Notes: a model not told the origin generated them from the sequence alone. DNA of 64,000 bases from an uncultured delta proteobacterium (GCA_963708295.1 CAVPSJ010000017.1:384001-448000); one strand, 5' to 3'. Positions 10,520 through 20,718 are shown, counted from the first letter of the stretch. Made by a program: numbers and translations.

Positions 10520-11101
10520 ATGAGACTAACCAAGAAAACTTTGATTGCAGTGGGATTGCTTACCGCGGTTGTGGCTCTCACACTTTTATCGGGAAGTCCA
10601 GTACTGGCTGCCTCGTCCAAGGACGTTATCGTGGTGAACACGCCAGCGGAACCGGTGCCGGTCACAGGCACGGTGGAGGTCGTGAACGACGCTCTATACC
10701 AGCCCTATATCAAACAGGCTGGCGTTATCATCAATTCCGGAACCCAGCTCCAAGTGGCATTCGATGTTCCGGATGGAAAGCGCCTCATTCTTGAAACCGT
10801 GGCCGTTCAGGCAGCCGTGCCGTCGCCCCAGAAAGTGCGCGTTTCTCTCGACGCCCAGGTCAACCCGGCGATCAATCAGTACGTGATAGGGTTCTTGTCG
10901 GTCCAGTCCCCGGGACCGATTGACGGATTTGAATACTATGTCGCCAACCAGCCGTTCAAACTGCGGCAGGACTGGTTCCAGAATTCTAACGCTGAGATCA
11001 TCGTCAGGATGTCCCGGGACTCGTCGTCCGGCGAAGCCTCATTGCTTGTGACGGTATATGGTTATCTGGTCGATTCGCCATCCGCAGGACTTGGGTTTTA
11101 A
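10520..11101 (+). CDS. Secreted hypothetical protein
   Basis: SD AAGGAG, signal peptide MRLTKK...VLA, beta-rich body. Confidence 0.75.
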   Translation: MRLTKKTLIAVGLLTAVVALTLLSGSPVLAASSKDVIVVNTPAEPVPVTGTVEVVNDALYQPYIKQAGVIINSGTQLQVAFDVPDGKRLILETVAVQAAVPSPQKVRVSLDAQVNPAINQYVIGFLSVQSPGPIDGFEYYVANQPFKLRQDWFQNSNAEIIVRMSRDSSSGEASLLVTVYGYLVDSPSAGLGF

Positions 11102-11313
11102 GCAGCCAAGTCAATCAAAGATAGTCGGCAGAGATCGGGACGCGCGGCTCACGTGTCCGCAACAGCCGCGAGTTGCGCATCATTTTCTTATGGGCCCACA
11201 GAAGAGGGGGCTGGTATCTATGATTGTTCCGGTTTCAGTGTTCTAGAGATGATCCTTGGGTAATTCTTTTGGAATTGTAGTGAAATAACAATCGACCGAA
11301 AGGGAGGCTAAAA

Positions 11314-11913
11314 ATGAGAACAAAAGTTTTGTTATGCGGATGTATCGTCTTATTGCTCATGGTCGTCACCACGGCGACACCATGCCTTGCAGATAACACA
11401 ATCTATGGATGCGTTAGGGGGCTCACTGGTATTCTCCGCATTGTAAGTCCCCCTGGCCACTGCTTGCCTGGCGAAGCTCCCATTTCCTGGAATCAGACTG
11501 GGCCACAAGGGCCTCAGGGACAACAAGGGCCTAAGGGAGATACAGGCCCAATGGGCCCAGCGGGACCGGCTGGAGTTGTTAACGCGGTACACGGAGTTGT
11601 CTTGTACAACGGCACGATCGAGGATGGGGTCGGATTCACCGTTGGGGCACCTACAGGCCCCAATACGCCCCGAGGAACCGGTTTATATCGCGTCATCTTC
11701 GACACCGCCTTCTCCAATTATGCGCATTGTGTTGTTACGCCATTTCAATCTCCAGCCACGGTTATTTGCGGTGTTTCTGGCTTTGGATCGTCCTTCTTTG
11801 ACGTGGATTGCTATGAACCCACAACGGAGCAGGGCGTGGGGGGCGTCATCTTATTCACAAACCTCCCAACGGACGTTTCATTCTCGTTCATATGCATATC
11901 GGAACCACTATGA
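11314..11913 (+). CDS. Secreted collagen-like repeat protein
   Basis: Signal peptide; GPQGPQGQQGPKGDTGPMGPAGPAG; SD GGGAGG. Confidence 0.8.
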   Translation: MRTKVLLCGCIVLLLMVVTTATPCLADNTIYGCVRGLTGILRIVSPPGHCLPGEAPISWNQTGPQGPQGQQGPKGDTGPMGPAGPAGVVNAVHGVVLYNGTIEDGVGFTVGAPTGPNTPRGTGLYRVIFDTAFSNYAHCVVTPFQSPATVICGVSGFGSSFFDVDCYEPTTEQGVGGVILFTNLPTDVSFSFICISEPL

Positions 11914-12023
11914 GTTCATTTTGTGCAGCCACAGATTGGAGAGGGCGTCCCTCTTCCCCAACTCACCCAGCGCCGCCCATACACCCAAGCCCGGGGGAGT
12001 TGAAAGGCTCCCCCGGTTGTTGC

Positions 12024-12386
12024 TCACATATGGTAGGGTTGAAGATTTCTAACCGCAATAGTTAATTTTATTCTTGCCCCGAAGTGTTTAGTTGTAGGTG
12101 ACATCGTCACGGTAAATGGGGTTCCGTAGAGCTGCCTTCCAAGTTCGACATGGTTGCCCCCCTCTGTGATTCTCTTTTTAGGTGAGGTATCTACAATCAT
12201 GTCTCTTTGTCCTCCATCTCTCCATGAGGGGTAAATGGTGAATTGATTCTCCCAACGAGGGATACCGCCATTTTCAAGGGCGGATTTGTGGATTACGGGC
12301 CAAAGTCGATGTGCGTTACGACATAGAACCCCTTTGAGATTGGGCAAGGAAGGGAGAAGTGGCTCTAGAGTATCAATAGAAGTCAT
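12024..12386 (-). CDS. Hypothetical protein or gene fragment
   Basis: 120-aa ORF with no recognised motif. Confidence 0.3.
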   Translation of the reverse strand: MTSIDTLEPLLPSLPNLKGVLCRNAHRLWPVIHKSALENGGIPRWENQFTIYPSWRDGGQRDMIVDTSPKKRITEGGNHVELGRQLYGTPFTVTMSPTTKHFGARIKLTIAVRNLQPYHM

Positions 12387-12565
12387 CAGTCTTTGGGGTA
12401 TTCCTTTCTAATCCGTGGTTCGTCCGACTGCCTATTCTTTGGGCAAACAGGGGGCAAGGGTGCAACATTGCTTCCTGAAATGTTGTTTTTGGTATTTTCC
12501 TTCAGAATGCAACATTTCAAACGAAAATCAGCAATATGGAGTAAATTATAGATGGAATTTTCTCC

Positions 12566-12594
12566 TTGACTGTCCATGTACATGAGAGTATGTT
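12566..12594 (+). promoter_or_regulatory. Sigma70-like promoter upstream of Hsp20 gene
   Basis: TTGACT-17-TATGTT. Confidence 0.4.
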
Positions 12595-12806
12595 TTATTT
12601 ATAGTATTTCCCACCTGACCCTAATTAACCTCACAACTTAACTTCTAACCTTCTGGAGTGTCGTATGAGAAGGAGTTCCCCAAAGGTGCCCATATGAAGC
12701 CTCCAAGGGGGTTCTAATTTCCCTTTGGGGGCGCCTTCCCAGTATACTCACAATACCAAAAAGCGAGTTCCTATCAAAAAATATGTTTTAAAAGGAGGGT
12801 ACCAAG

Positions 12807-13139
12807 ATGCCGGAAAATCGAATTAGGGTTGCTCCCAATACAGTAGCATATACTGACGGAGACAACCACAAGCTAGTAGTGGAGTTCGCCATCCCAGGAG
12901 CGCCAACGAATACCATCGATGTAAAGATCCTAGAAGACAGCGTCCACCTGACAGCGCCAGCAAGGGACATCGAGTATGTTTCAGCACTGGCTTTAGGTTG
13001 GCCGGTGAAACCGGACAAAGCCGAAGCAACCTATGAGAACGGCCTGCTCCGAATCGAGGTGCCCTTCAAAGATCCGATGGAAGATGCTGTAAAGGTCGCC
13101 ATCAAAGAAACCAAGACCAAAGCAATCGTAGCCAAATGA
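12807..13139 (+). CDS. Hsp20/alpha-crystallin family small heat-shock protein
   Basis: VEFAIPG..IDVKI, ATYENGLLRIEVP; SD AAGGAGG. Confidence 0.9.
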   Translation: MPENRIRVAPNTVAYTDGDNHKLVVEFAIPGAPTNTIDVKILEDSVHLTAPARDIEYVSALALGWPVKPDKAEATYENGLLRIEVPFKDPMEDAVKVAIKETKTKAIVAK

Positions 13140-13222
13140 TCCGTTAAGTTGTTAGGCTTATAAACGAGACAACCGGGGCTTGTTGGTTTTCTGAATTTAG
13201 GGGCACAGGACAAAATAAAAGC

Positions 13223-13257
13223 AGAGCCCAGGCAATTTAAGCTGGGCTTTCTTTTTT
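13223..13257 (+). terminator. Rho-independent terminator
   Basis: AGAGCCCAG/CTGGGCTTT stem followed by T tract. Confidence 0.65.
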
Positions 13258-13283
13258 ATACTGGTCGGTAAAGGAGTGGAGAG

Positions 13284-13472
13284 ATGAGTCAGAAGAGTAG
13301 TTTTCCTTACCGCAAGTATGACCGGAAGGTCAATCCCAACATCGTCAAGCAAATCTTAGGCGATAGCGAGTTGATTGAGATGATGAAAGAAGTGCTTATC
13401 CAGGAGGGAAGGATCTGTCCCTTTTGTCGTCGCAAATTGAAGGAAGAATCTGAGGTAAAGGAAATCCGGTAA
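13284..13472 (+). CDS. Small hypothetical protein with CPFC motif
   Basis: SD AAGGAG; 62 aa. Confidence 0.55.
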   Translation: MSQKSSFPYRKYDRKVNPNIVKQILGDSELIEMMKEVLIQEGRICPFCRRKLKEESEVKEIR

Positions 13473-13584
13473 AAGGTGAAGACAAAAAGAGACGTTTCAC
13501 CCGACAAAACAAAACTCTTTGTTTTGGCATTTTCAGCTTAGAATAACTGTATATTCGTATTTTTTAAAAGGAAGGAGTGCGCTG

Positions 13585-13974
13585 ATGAGACCAGTCATGA
13601 AACTAAAAAGAGAAGTCATACTAAGGATCAGGGACTTAGCCAGAGATTTACATGATGTTTATACTGATAAACCCCAATCTTCGGACCTTGCAAAAGATGA
13701 ACGGAACAGTGAAAGGAGGAAAGAATATTTCAGCGATCCAATACGAATTCAATTAGAAAAGATGGTCAGTGATTTACCTAAAGATGAACGTGCTGAACTC
13801 GCAGCATTGGTCGATTTGGGGGTGCCTGGTAAGAGCGTCAAAGATTGGGACTCGTTACTCGATAATGCAAAACAAAGAGATGGAGAGGGGACCGCACGCA
13901 ATTTGGTTGGGAGAGGTAGTTTTGCCTATTTTATTGATCAAGGCTTAGCAAAGATCCAAGCGAAAAAGGATTAA
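13585..13974 (+). CDS. DUF3775-like protein
   Basis: LPKDERAELAALVDLG..DW..YFIDQGL pattern; SD AAGGAG before ATG 13585. Confidence 0.6.
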   Translation: MRPVMKLKREVILRIRDLARDLHDVYTDKPQSSDLAKDERNSERRKEYFSDPIRIQLEKMVSDLPKDERAELAALVDLGVPGKSVKDWDSLLDNAKQRDGEGTARNLVGRGSFAYFIDQGLAKIQAKKD

Positions 13975-14325
13975 GTCACGTTCTAATTTCAAAATATTCT
14001 CGGTCAAAAATAGATTGGAACCATCCCAAATTTTCCCAGAGATTGAGAAGCATGAGGTTTCGGGGAGAGAAAGGGATTATTTATTTTCGTATAGCAAACC
14101 GGAATCTTCAACATATGATATGGCATTACCCTCACTCTTTGTAGGTGTACTCCCCGATTTAGGCTCTCTCCAAATATCTTCATCTCTCCCATCCAATTAA
14201 GGCCCATCATCCCAATTCTCATTGACACCCTGTTCGTAATTTAGTAAATTTCAATCGAAATTAGAACCGTCCTTTATTAACCCTTAACGTAGGTAAAACA
14301 CAAGTCTAAACGATAGGAGGAAAGA

Positions 14326-14769
14326 ATGGGCAACCTGGGAGTCACTATCAGATCTGAAATTGTACGTTTGACAAAAAAGGAGCTGCGTAAAACCTTACTT
14401 CCATTGGGTCGGGATGTCCGGTTATTAAAGAGCGCGGTCTCTCAACTTCGCAAAACGGTCTTGGCTTTAGAACGATTTGCAGCCCAACAGCAAAATGAGT
14501 TGAAAAAGAGAAAGATACCATTGGAGGCGACCGCGGAGGAGGTTAAACAATCCCGCTTTTCTCCAGCCCTGATCCGAAGCCTTCGTAAAAACTTGGGGAT
14601 CAGTCAGAAGGAACTGGCGATTCTCGCAGGGGTCACGGTTGGGGCAGCTCATCTGTGGGAGATAGGGAAGTTTAGGCCGAAGAATGAAAAGAAAGCAGTA
14701 ATGGTGGCGTTGAGGAAGCTTGGTCGCCGTGATGTGAGAAAACTCCTCGAGGGGAAACTTACTAAATAG
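14326..14769 (+). CDS. XRE-family HTH transcriptional regulator with N-terminal coiled coil
   Basis: LRKNLGISQKELAILAGVTVGAAHLWEIGKFRP. Confidence 0.85.
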   Translation: MGNLGVTIRSEIVRLTKKELRKTLLPLGRDVRLLKSAVSQLRKTVLALERFAAQQQNELKKRKIPLEATAEEVKQSRFSPALIRSLRKNLGISQKELAILAGVTVGAAHLWEIGKFRPKNEKKAVMVALRKLGRRDVRKLLEGKLTK

Positions 14770-14850
14770 ATTTTATTAAGAGCAGTTGTGACAAATGCGA
14801 AAAAGAGACAAGATATCAGGCATCAAAATTTATTTAGAAGGGAAAACGAA

Positions 14851-15408
14851 ATGAAAATTAGCCTTGGAGTAAAAAATTGTTTATACCCTATGTTAACCAC
14901 CCTCATTGGTGCAAATGTAAATGGAAAACCCAACTATATTACTATTGCCCACGTTGGCATTATGACCCTCCAATCCATCTCTCTCGGCATGGGCAAGAGC
15001 CATTACACCAACGCTGGAATTAAAGAGAACGGGACCTTCAGCGTCAATATTCCGTCCGTTGAAATGGTTAAGCAAACGGATTACTGCGGGATAGTATCTG
15101 GTAAAAAGGTCAACAAAGCCAAACTCTTCGAAACTTTTTATGGCAAACTGAAAACAGCGCCAATGATCAAGGAATGTCCCATCAACATGGAATGCAAATT
15201 GGTCCAAACGGTTGATTTCCCACAGCACGATGTTTTCATCGGTGAAGTCGTTGAAACTCACTGTGATGAACGATATCTAACAGAGGGTGTTGTGGATTTT
15301 TCAAAAGTTCGGCCGATTCTCTTTGTAATGAATGATAGAAGTTACTGGGAACTTGGCGGGCGATTAGCCAAGGCATGGAATATAGGGAATGAGTTGAAGA
15401 GCGATTGA
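14851..15408 (+). CDS. Flavin reductase / flavoredoxin family protein
   Basis: GKPNYITIA, FSVNIPS, APMIKECPINMECKL, HDVFIGEV. Confidence 0.9.
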   Translation: MKISLGVKNCLYPMLTTLIGANVNGKPNYITIAHVGIMTLQSISLGMGKSHYTNAGIKENGTFSVNIPSVEMVKQTDYCGIVSGKKVNKAKLFETFYGKLKTAPMIKECPINMECKLVQTVDFPQHDVFIGEVVETHCDERYLTEGVVDFSKVRPILFVMNDRSYWELGGRLAKAWNIGNELKSD

Positions 15409-15516
15409 TGACCCCCTCATTGATAATCTCGAAGAATTGGCTGAACAATATACCAAAAATTGGCGGGAGCATGAGAGGCCTTCGGAGGTTTATGTCGGGC
15501 GACGGAGGAAAGAAAC

Positions 15517-15711
15517 GTGACAGAGACTGAACTGATTTTATCCCTCTGTGAGGGAAAGGATCTTGGAATAGAAGGGTCTACCGAGGAATTGATTCAGAAA
15601 TTCAGAGAAACCTATAAAGATCAGGCAGGCCTCATAACCAAGGCAGCCCAGGGGGATGCGAAAGCACTTAGACGGTTAAGGTGGATTTGTGGGTTAAGGG
15701 TGATTACCTAA
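15517..15711 (+). CDS. Small hypothetical protein
   Basis: SD GGAGG before GTG; overlaps the stop of an upstream startless fragment (~15405-15520). Confidence 0.5.
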   Translation: MTETELILSLCEGKDLGIEGSTEELIQKFRETYKDQAGLITKAAQGDAKALRRLRWICGLRVIT

Positions 15712-15774
15712 AAGCCACAAAAGTCAGGGCAATCACTTTTGCCCAAACAACATGGGTCCTTTTCAAAACCCCTT

Positions 15775-15885
15775 ATGTCCCATGTACTCCAACAAGTAGC
15801 CCTCACCAGGCTGCTTGTTGAGAAAGGATTCACCAAGGAGAAGTTTTTGAAGATGGGTAGGATGGCGGATAAAGAAATGAGATAA
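15775..15885 (+). repeat. Degenerate short coding element, copy 1
   Basis: Translates MSHVLQQVALTRLLVEKGFTKEKFLKMGRMADKEMR*; aligns with copy at 16310-16432. Confidence 0.65.
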
Positions 15886-15913
15886 CAAAAGACAGAGACA
15901 TTATAGGAAGTGT

Positions 15914-16327
15914 GTGATTATGAAGTTTATATCAATAGCCGTTTTAATGACTGGAGCCGTTTTGGTAGGAATTTTTTCATGTGCCACGGTGTCTAAACCC
16001 CTTGCTCCTGGTGATCTAAGATTATTGAGCATACTCGTTCCAGAAAAGGAAAATATCAGGTTACATTTACCATTTATTGTGAATATGAGCTTTGAGGCAG
16101 ATGGTGAACCGGAGATTAAAGCAGCCTGTTTCTACTTTGCAGATGATGGCCCACACTGTTTCAGGGTAGCAGATGTAAATTATGGGTTACGAGGAACGAT
16201 CAACTTACAGATTCACACAAGCAACCGTGGCGCACGTCTTTTGAAAGGTTATGTTCTGTATATTCGAGACGGGAAGATTCAACAGACAAATATGGTAAGT
16301 ACTTATTTTCGTGTTATTCCGCAGTAA
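15914..16327 (+). CDS. Putative lipoprotein
   Basis: Hydrophobic leader with IFSC lipobox-like motif. Confidence 0.75.
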   Translation: MIMKFISIAVLMTGAVLVGIFSCATVSKPLAPGDLRLLSILVPEKENIRLHLPFIVNMSFEADGEPEIKAACFYFADDGPHCFRVADVNYGLRGTINLQIHTSNRGARLLKGYVLYIRDGKIQQTNMVSTYFRVIPQ

Positions 16328-16432
16328 AGAATCTTTACCAGATTCTTTGCGGAAAAGGGATATATTACCAAAGAGGAGTTTTGGGAGATGGTGAGGGTTG
16401 TTAATAAGGAAATGAAGAAGGAAAAATTGTGA
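16310..16432 (+). repeat. Degenerate short coding element, copy 2
   Basis: RVIPQ*RIFTRFFAEKGYITKEEFWEMVRVVNKEMKKEKL*, in frame with the lipoprotein gene. Confidence 0.65.
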
Positions 16433-16722
16433 GAAATATCCTAATTGGAATAATAATTTTTGTAATAATATACATTTTCTTGTTTTTCCGTAAGGTGAGA
16501 AAGGAGAAGGGACCCGGAACAATAAACCGATGCGTTGAAATACTCGGGCTTAAACCAGGTGCCTCACAGGAAGAAGTAAACCAGGCTTATAGAGATTTGG
16601 TCAACGTCTGGCATCCTGACCGATTTGTTGCTAATCCACGCCTTCAGAAAAAAGCGGAAGAAAAAATAAAGGAGATTAATGCAGCATACGAATATATTAA
16701 CTCCTTTTACCGCAAAACATAA
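16429..16722 (+). CDS. Membrane-anchored J-domain protein
   Basis: N-terminal TM; ILGL..AYRDL..WHPDRF..INAAYE. Confidence 0.88.
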   Translation: MRNILIGIIIFVIIYIFLFFRKVRKEKGPGTINRCVEILGLKPGASQEEVNQAYRDLVNVWHPDRFVANPRLQKKAEEKIKEINAAYEYINSFYRKT

Positions 16723-17357
16723 AGTCGGTATAAAGGGAACCCGTTAAGAGGGATGTCGTTGCTAAAAACATCAGATTTCTGAAAGACTTTTTTTGGACTT
16801 CCAGAAAATAGCTAAACGTGAAGAAGAACCATGCGCCAAAGGAGTCGCAGAAAACCTAACCCAGTGTTCCAATCGATAATCTTCAATCATATGCCCTATC
16901 TTGAATTGCAGAGGTGCAATGTTGAGTGAACACGGTGGGTTTTGATCCTATCCTCTTCCGATAATCCCTCATGGCCCTCTCTTCAATTCTTCTTCTGGGG
17001 CAGGTGCTTATGAGTAGGTTTTCCAATCCTGCCTTTCACCTTTTTATTAGACCGATGGGTTGTCTCTGATATTTGGGATTCCTCTTATTTTCCGAGAAGG
17101 CTTTGCTAATTTCGGGATGAAGTCTTCAGGAAACATTTTGCAGGAAGTTCGTCTGCATGGGTGGAAGAGGAAACGATCCAATGATTTTCAAAAGAAATCT
17201 TCACTCTTTGGAGTATCCCATGTAAATCCGTGGTGGGGCTGCCTGCCCATTTCTTAGGCAATGAGGGGGTCTACGATGCGATGTTACTTCCTGAAATGTC
17301 GCTTCACAAATTTTCGGAAATGATGTATATTACGACCGGTAATAGGGTATAAAAAAC

Positions 17358-17951
17358 ATGGGGATTGACTGGAATACACTGCTTTTGTCAGGAATTGGTG
17401 CACTAATAGGAAGTGCATTGACTTTACTTGCCACTTATCTATCACATCACTGGCAGGTGTCAAAGCAGAAGGAAAGAGACGAGCAGTTGCTTAAAGGCAT
17501 TCTCCAGGCCATGCATGATGAAGTAGTAACACTTTGGGATGCATATATGGATGGGATTGGACACCAGATTGAGGCTCTACCTGATGGGAAACCCTTAAAT
17601 ATGTACTGGCCTGTCACCCAAGAATACTTTACCGTCTATAACACTAATGCATCCTTTATCGGCAGGATTCAGAACCATGACTTGCGAAGACTCATTGTTT
17701 CAACGTACACGAACGCGCGTGGACTCATAGACTCTTATAGATTGAATAACGACCTTGTGCAGAAACATGAGCACGCTGTCTTGATATTTCAGGAGACAAA
17801 CAATCCGACGCACAAGGCCAACGCAGTTGCATATTATGGTTCAATGGTTGAATATGCAGGCAAACTCAAGAAACGACATCGAGCGATAAAGCACCAAATG
17901 CAGCAACTCTTGCGAGCATTACGAAAAGAGGGTGTACTTAGTAAACCTTGA
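17358..17951 (+). CDS. Hypothetical protein with N-terminal TM, probable gene cassette
   Basis: 197 aa; stop codon overlaps an attC-like site. Confidence 0.8.
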   Translation: MGIDWNTLLLSGIGALIGSALTLLATYLSHHWQVSKQKERDEQLLKGILQAMHDEVVTLWDAYMDGIGHQIEALPDGKPLNMYWPVTQEYFTVYNTNASFIGRIQNHDLRRLIVSTYTNARGLIDSYRLNNDLVQKHEHAVLIFQETNNPTHKANAVAYYGSMVEYAGKLKKRHRAIKHQMQQLLRALRKEGVLSKP

Positions 17952-18003
17952 CAATAAACTCCGGCGGACGTCCTACAGCCGCCGCTGACCTCAATCGTTA
18001 TAC
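17946..18003 (+). mobile_element. attC-like site with degenerate R''
   Basis: CCTTGAC..ACTCCGGCGGACG..GCCGCCGCTGACCT..CGTTATAC; 58 bp. Confidence 0.6.
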
Positions 18004-18249
18004 TCTCTTCCTAATGGAAATCATCAACCCTTGCTGTAAGCCGATGCTAATCCTTTGTAGGTGCTATTTTCAATTCCTTCAGCGATTTAACTTTTATACC
18101 CCGCAATTAATCTTAAATTGTCTTAAAAAGTTCAAATCGAATCTCCCCCAATTTTGGATTCTAAAATGTGATTGTGGTTTTCCCTCCTGTTTGATATACA
18201 GTTTAAATCACGTACTATAAGGCGCGTAATCCGAGGAAGGGGGAGGCTC

Positions 18250-18666
18250 ATGAAAACCTATCGGAAAGAGTTGTGGTTTGAGGTGCCAACCCGGAGAGCT
18301 TTCGTCAACATCACCCCGAAGGTTGAAGAATGCTTGAGAGAAAGTGATATCAGAGAAGGACTGGCTCTTGTCAACGCCATGCATATTACTGCCTCTGTCT
18401 TCATCAATGATGACGAATCCGGACTTCACCATGATTTCGAGGTCTGGCTCGAGAAGCTTGCTCCCCATGAGCCCGTTAAGCAATATCGTCACAATGTGGG
18501 GGAAGATAATGCCGATGCCCATTTAAAGCGCCAGATCATGGGGAGGGAAGTGGTCGTGGCGGTCACGGAGGGGAAGCTCGATTTCGGCCCATGGGAGCAG
18601 ATTTTTTACGGTGAGTTTGACGGCAGACGAAGAAAGAAGGTTCTTGTCAAGATCATCGGGGAGTAA
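18250..18666 (+). CDS. yjbQ: YjbQ/UPF0047 family protein
   Basis: [33 protein letters not shown]. Confidence 0.93.
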   Translation: MKTYRKELWFEVPTRRAFVNITPKVEECLRESDIREGLALVNAMHITASVFINDDESGLHHDFEVWLEKLAPHEPVKQYRHNVGEDNADAHLKRQIMGREVVVAVTEGKLDFGPWEQIFYGEFDGRRRKKVLVKIIGE

Positions 18667-18807
18667 ATTGTAAAAATCAAGTTCACCGCAGAGTCGCGGA
18701 ATCGCCGAGAAAGATTTTTCTTCTGATCCAATCAGGAGACCGCGATTGGATCAGAAACAATTCCCCTTCAAGCCATAAAGCCTGAATTTGTTACGATTGC
18801 TACACGA

Positions 18808-20718
18808 TCATTCTTTGCTTCCCGAAGCTGGAGCCAAACCTTTATTCCGCTTGTGCGCAGAATATTCTCTGAAAAGCAAAATCACGGCAATGCAGGCCCC
18901 GGCAATGTTGAAATAACGGCCTTCGGCAAAGGAACCAATCGGGATCATCAGGGCCAACCCGGCAACGCCGCAGATCAAGCGGTAGGACATCCCAACGATC
19001 CGGGTCGTGTATCCTATGACTGCCGCCGACACGAACCAGATTCCTCCCATCGCTGTCACCACGTCAATGATAATGTGGAAGAGGCTCCCCCGCAGGAGAA
19101 GGGTCCCTGAGAAGACGAAGAGGAAGGGGATCACGAAGGCCATCCAGCCAAACCGCATCGCCGCATAGCCGGTGCGCATCGGGTCAGCCCCGCCCAGGGC
19201 AGCCGCCGCAAATGCGGCAACCGCCACAGGCGGCGTGATCGCCGACAGTATCCCGTAAAAGAGAAGAAAGAGATGGGCGGCCATGGGGTCGATCTTCATC
19301 TGGATCAGTGCTGGCGCCACCAGCGTGGCGACAAGGATATAGACGGCGCCGGTGGGCATCCCCATTCCGAGTATGATGCACACGGCAGCGGCAAGCACGA
19401 GCAGAAGAATGAGACTACCGCCAGCAGCATGAATCAGGGAAATCGTCAAACCGAACCCGAGACCGGAGATGTTGAGAACGCCGATGACAATTCCGGCGGC
19501 CGCACCGATCATATAGATCTGGAGGACGCTGGCTCCGGTGGCCCTCAGGACCTCGATGATCCCTTTCAGAGGAAGCCGCATTCCCTTATACCCGAAGACC
19601 AGTGAAAGAACGACGACGATCAACGCAGCATAAAGGGCGCATGCCTCGACGGCGTAATTCAACCAGAAGATGCCCACGATGAGGATGATGAAGGGCGCCG
19701 CAAAAAACCAGCCATTCTTCAGGACCGGCATGGTGGCTGGAATCTTTTCCTTGGGAACGCGCGAGAGTCCTAAACGGCCGGCTTCGAGGTCGGCCTCGAT
19801 GTACAACGCGCCATAATAGAGCAAGGAAGGAACAATCGCCGCGATGCAAACGTCGCCATAGGGGATTTGCAGGAACTCGGCCATCAAAAAAGCAGCAACA
19901 CCCATGACCGGCGGCATCAGCTGACCTCCGGTGGATGCGACCGCTTCGATCGCCGCGGCGACATGGGGCCGGTAGCCTGACTGTTTCATCAAGGGGATCG
20001 TAACGATGCCGTCTGCGACGACGTTTGCAACGGCGCTTCCGGAGATGGTACCGAAAAGGGCCGAAGAGACGACGGAAATCTTAGCAGGACCCCCCCGGTA
20101 CTTTCCCATTGCAACCATGGCGAAATCCGTGAAAAAGGATGCCCCACCCGTCAAGGAGAGCGCCTCACCGAACATCATGAAGGAGACGACGATGGTCGCG
20201 ATGATCTTCAGCGGCATCCCCAGGATGGCTGTTGAATCCCAGGTGAGGTAATAGAGTAATCGATCGAGATTCACCTGGCGACCCGTCATCGTGCCAGGCA
20301 AAAGGTGACTGACCAGAGCCAGGATGATAAAGCCGAAGGCAACGAGGGTGATTCCCATTCCGGAGGTTCTTCTCAAACCTTCGAGGAGAAGGAGTATCAC
20401 AACGAAAGCCACGACGACTCCGCTGATCGGAAAGCCGGTAGAGAATTCAGAGAACCTCGGGTAATTGATTGCAATATAGATCCAGGCGGTGAAGGCTATC
20501 ACGGCAGCAACGATATCATACCAGGGAATGGGTCCTGTGCGCTGCCGACCTTTGCCAGCCGGGACAGCCAGATAAACGAGCGTTGCTGCGAGGCCGAACA
20601 CGGCTGCAAAGAACTGCTCGGGATAGAAAACGAAACCGGCCTTGCGGAAGAGATCGGCTGATTCGATGATGGTACCGCATGGCAGGATGACCAAAAGGAC
20701 TTTAACCAAGGTACGCAC
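18808..20718 (-). CDS. TRAP transporter fused permease (4TM/12TM)
   Basis: GGPAK, GTISGSAVAN, EAVASTGGQLMPPVMG, GMGMPT, ITPPV. Confidence 0.95.
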   Translation of the reverse strand: MRTLVKVLLVILPCGTIIESADLFRKAGFVFYPEQFFAAVFGLAATLVYLAVPAGKGRQRTGPIPWYDIVAAVIAFTAWIYIAINYPRFSEFSTGFPISGVVVAFVVILLLLEGLRRTSGMGITLVAFGFIILALVSHLLPGTMTGRQVNLDRLLYYLTWDSTAILGMPLKIIATIVVSFMMFGEALSLTGGASFFTDFAMVAMGKYRGGPAKISVVSSALFGTISGSAVANVVADGIVTIPLMKQSGYRPHVAAAIEAVASTGGQLMPPVMGVAAFLMAEFLQIPYGDVCIAAIVPSLLYYGALYIEADLEAGRLGLSRVPKEKIPATMPVLKNGWFFAAPFIILIVGIFWLNYAVEACALYAALIVVVLSLVFGYKGMRLPLKGIIEVLRATGASVLQIYMIGAAAGIVIGVLNISGLGFGLTISLIHAAGGSLILLLVLAAAVCIILGMGMPTGAVYILVATLVAPALIQMKIDPMAAHLFLLFYGILSAITPPVAVAAFAAAALGGADPMRTGYAAMRFGWMAFVIPFLFVFSGTLLLRGSLFHIIIDVVTAMGGIWFVSAAVIGYTTRIVGMSYRLICGVAGLALMIPIGSFAEGRYFNIAGACIAVILLFREYSAHKRNKGLAPASGSKE

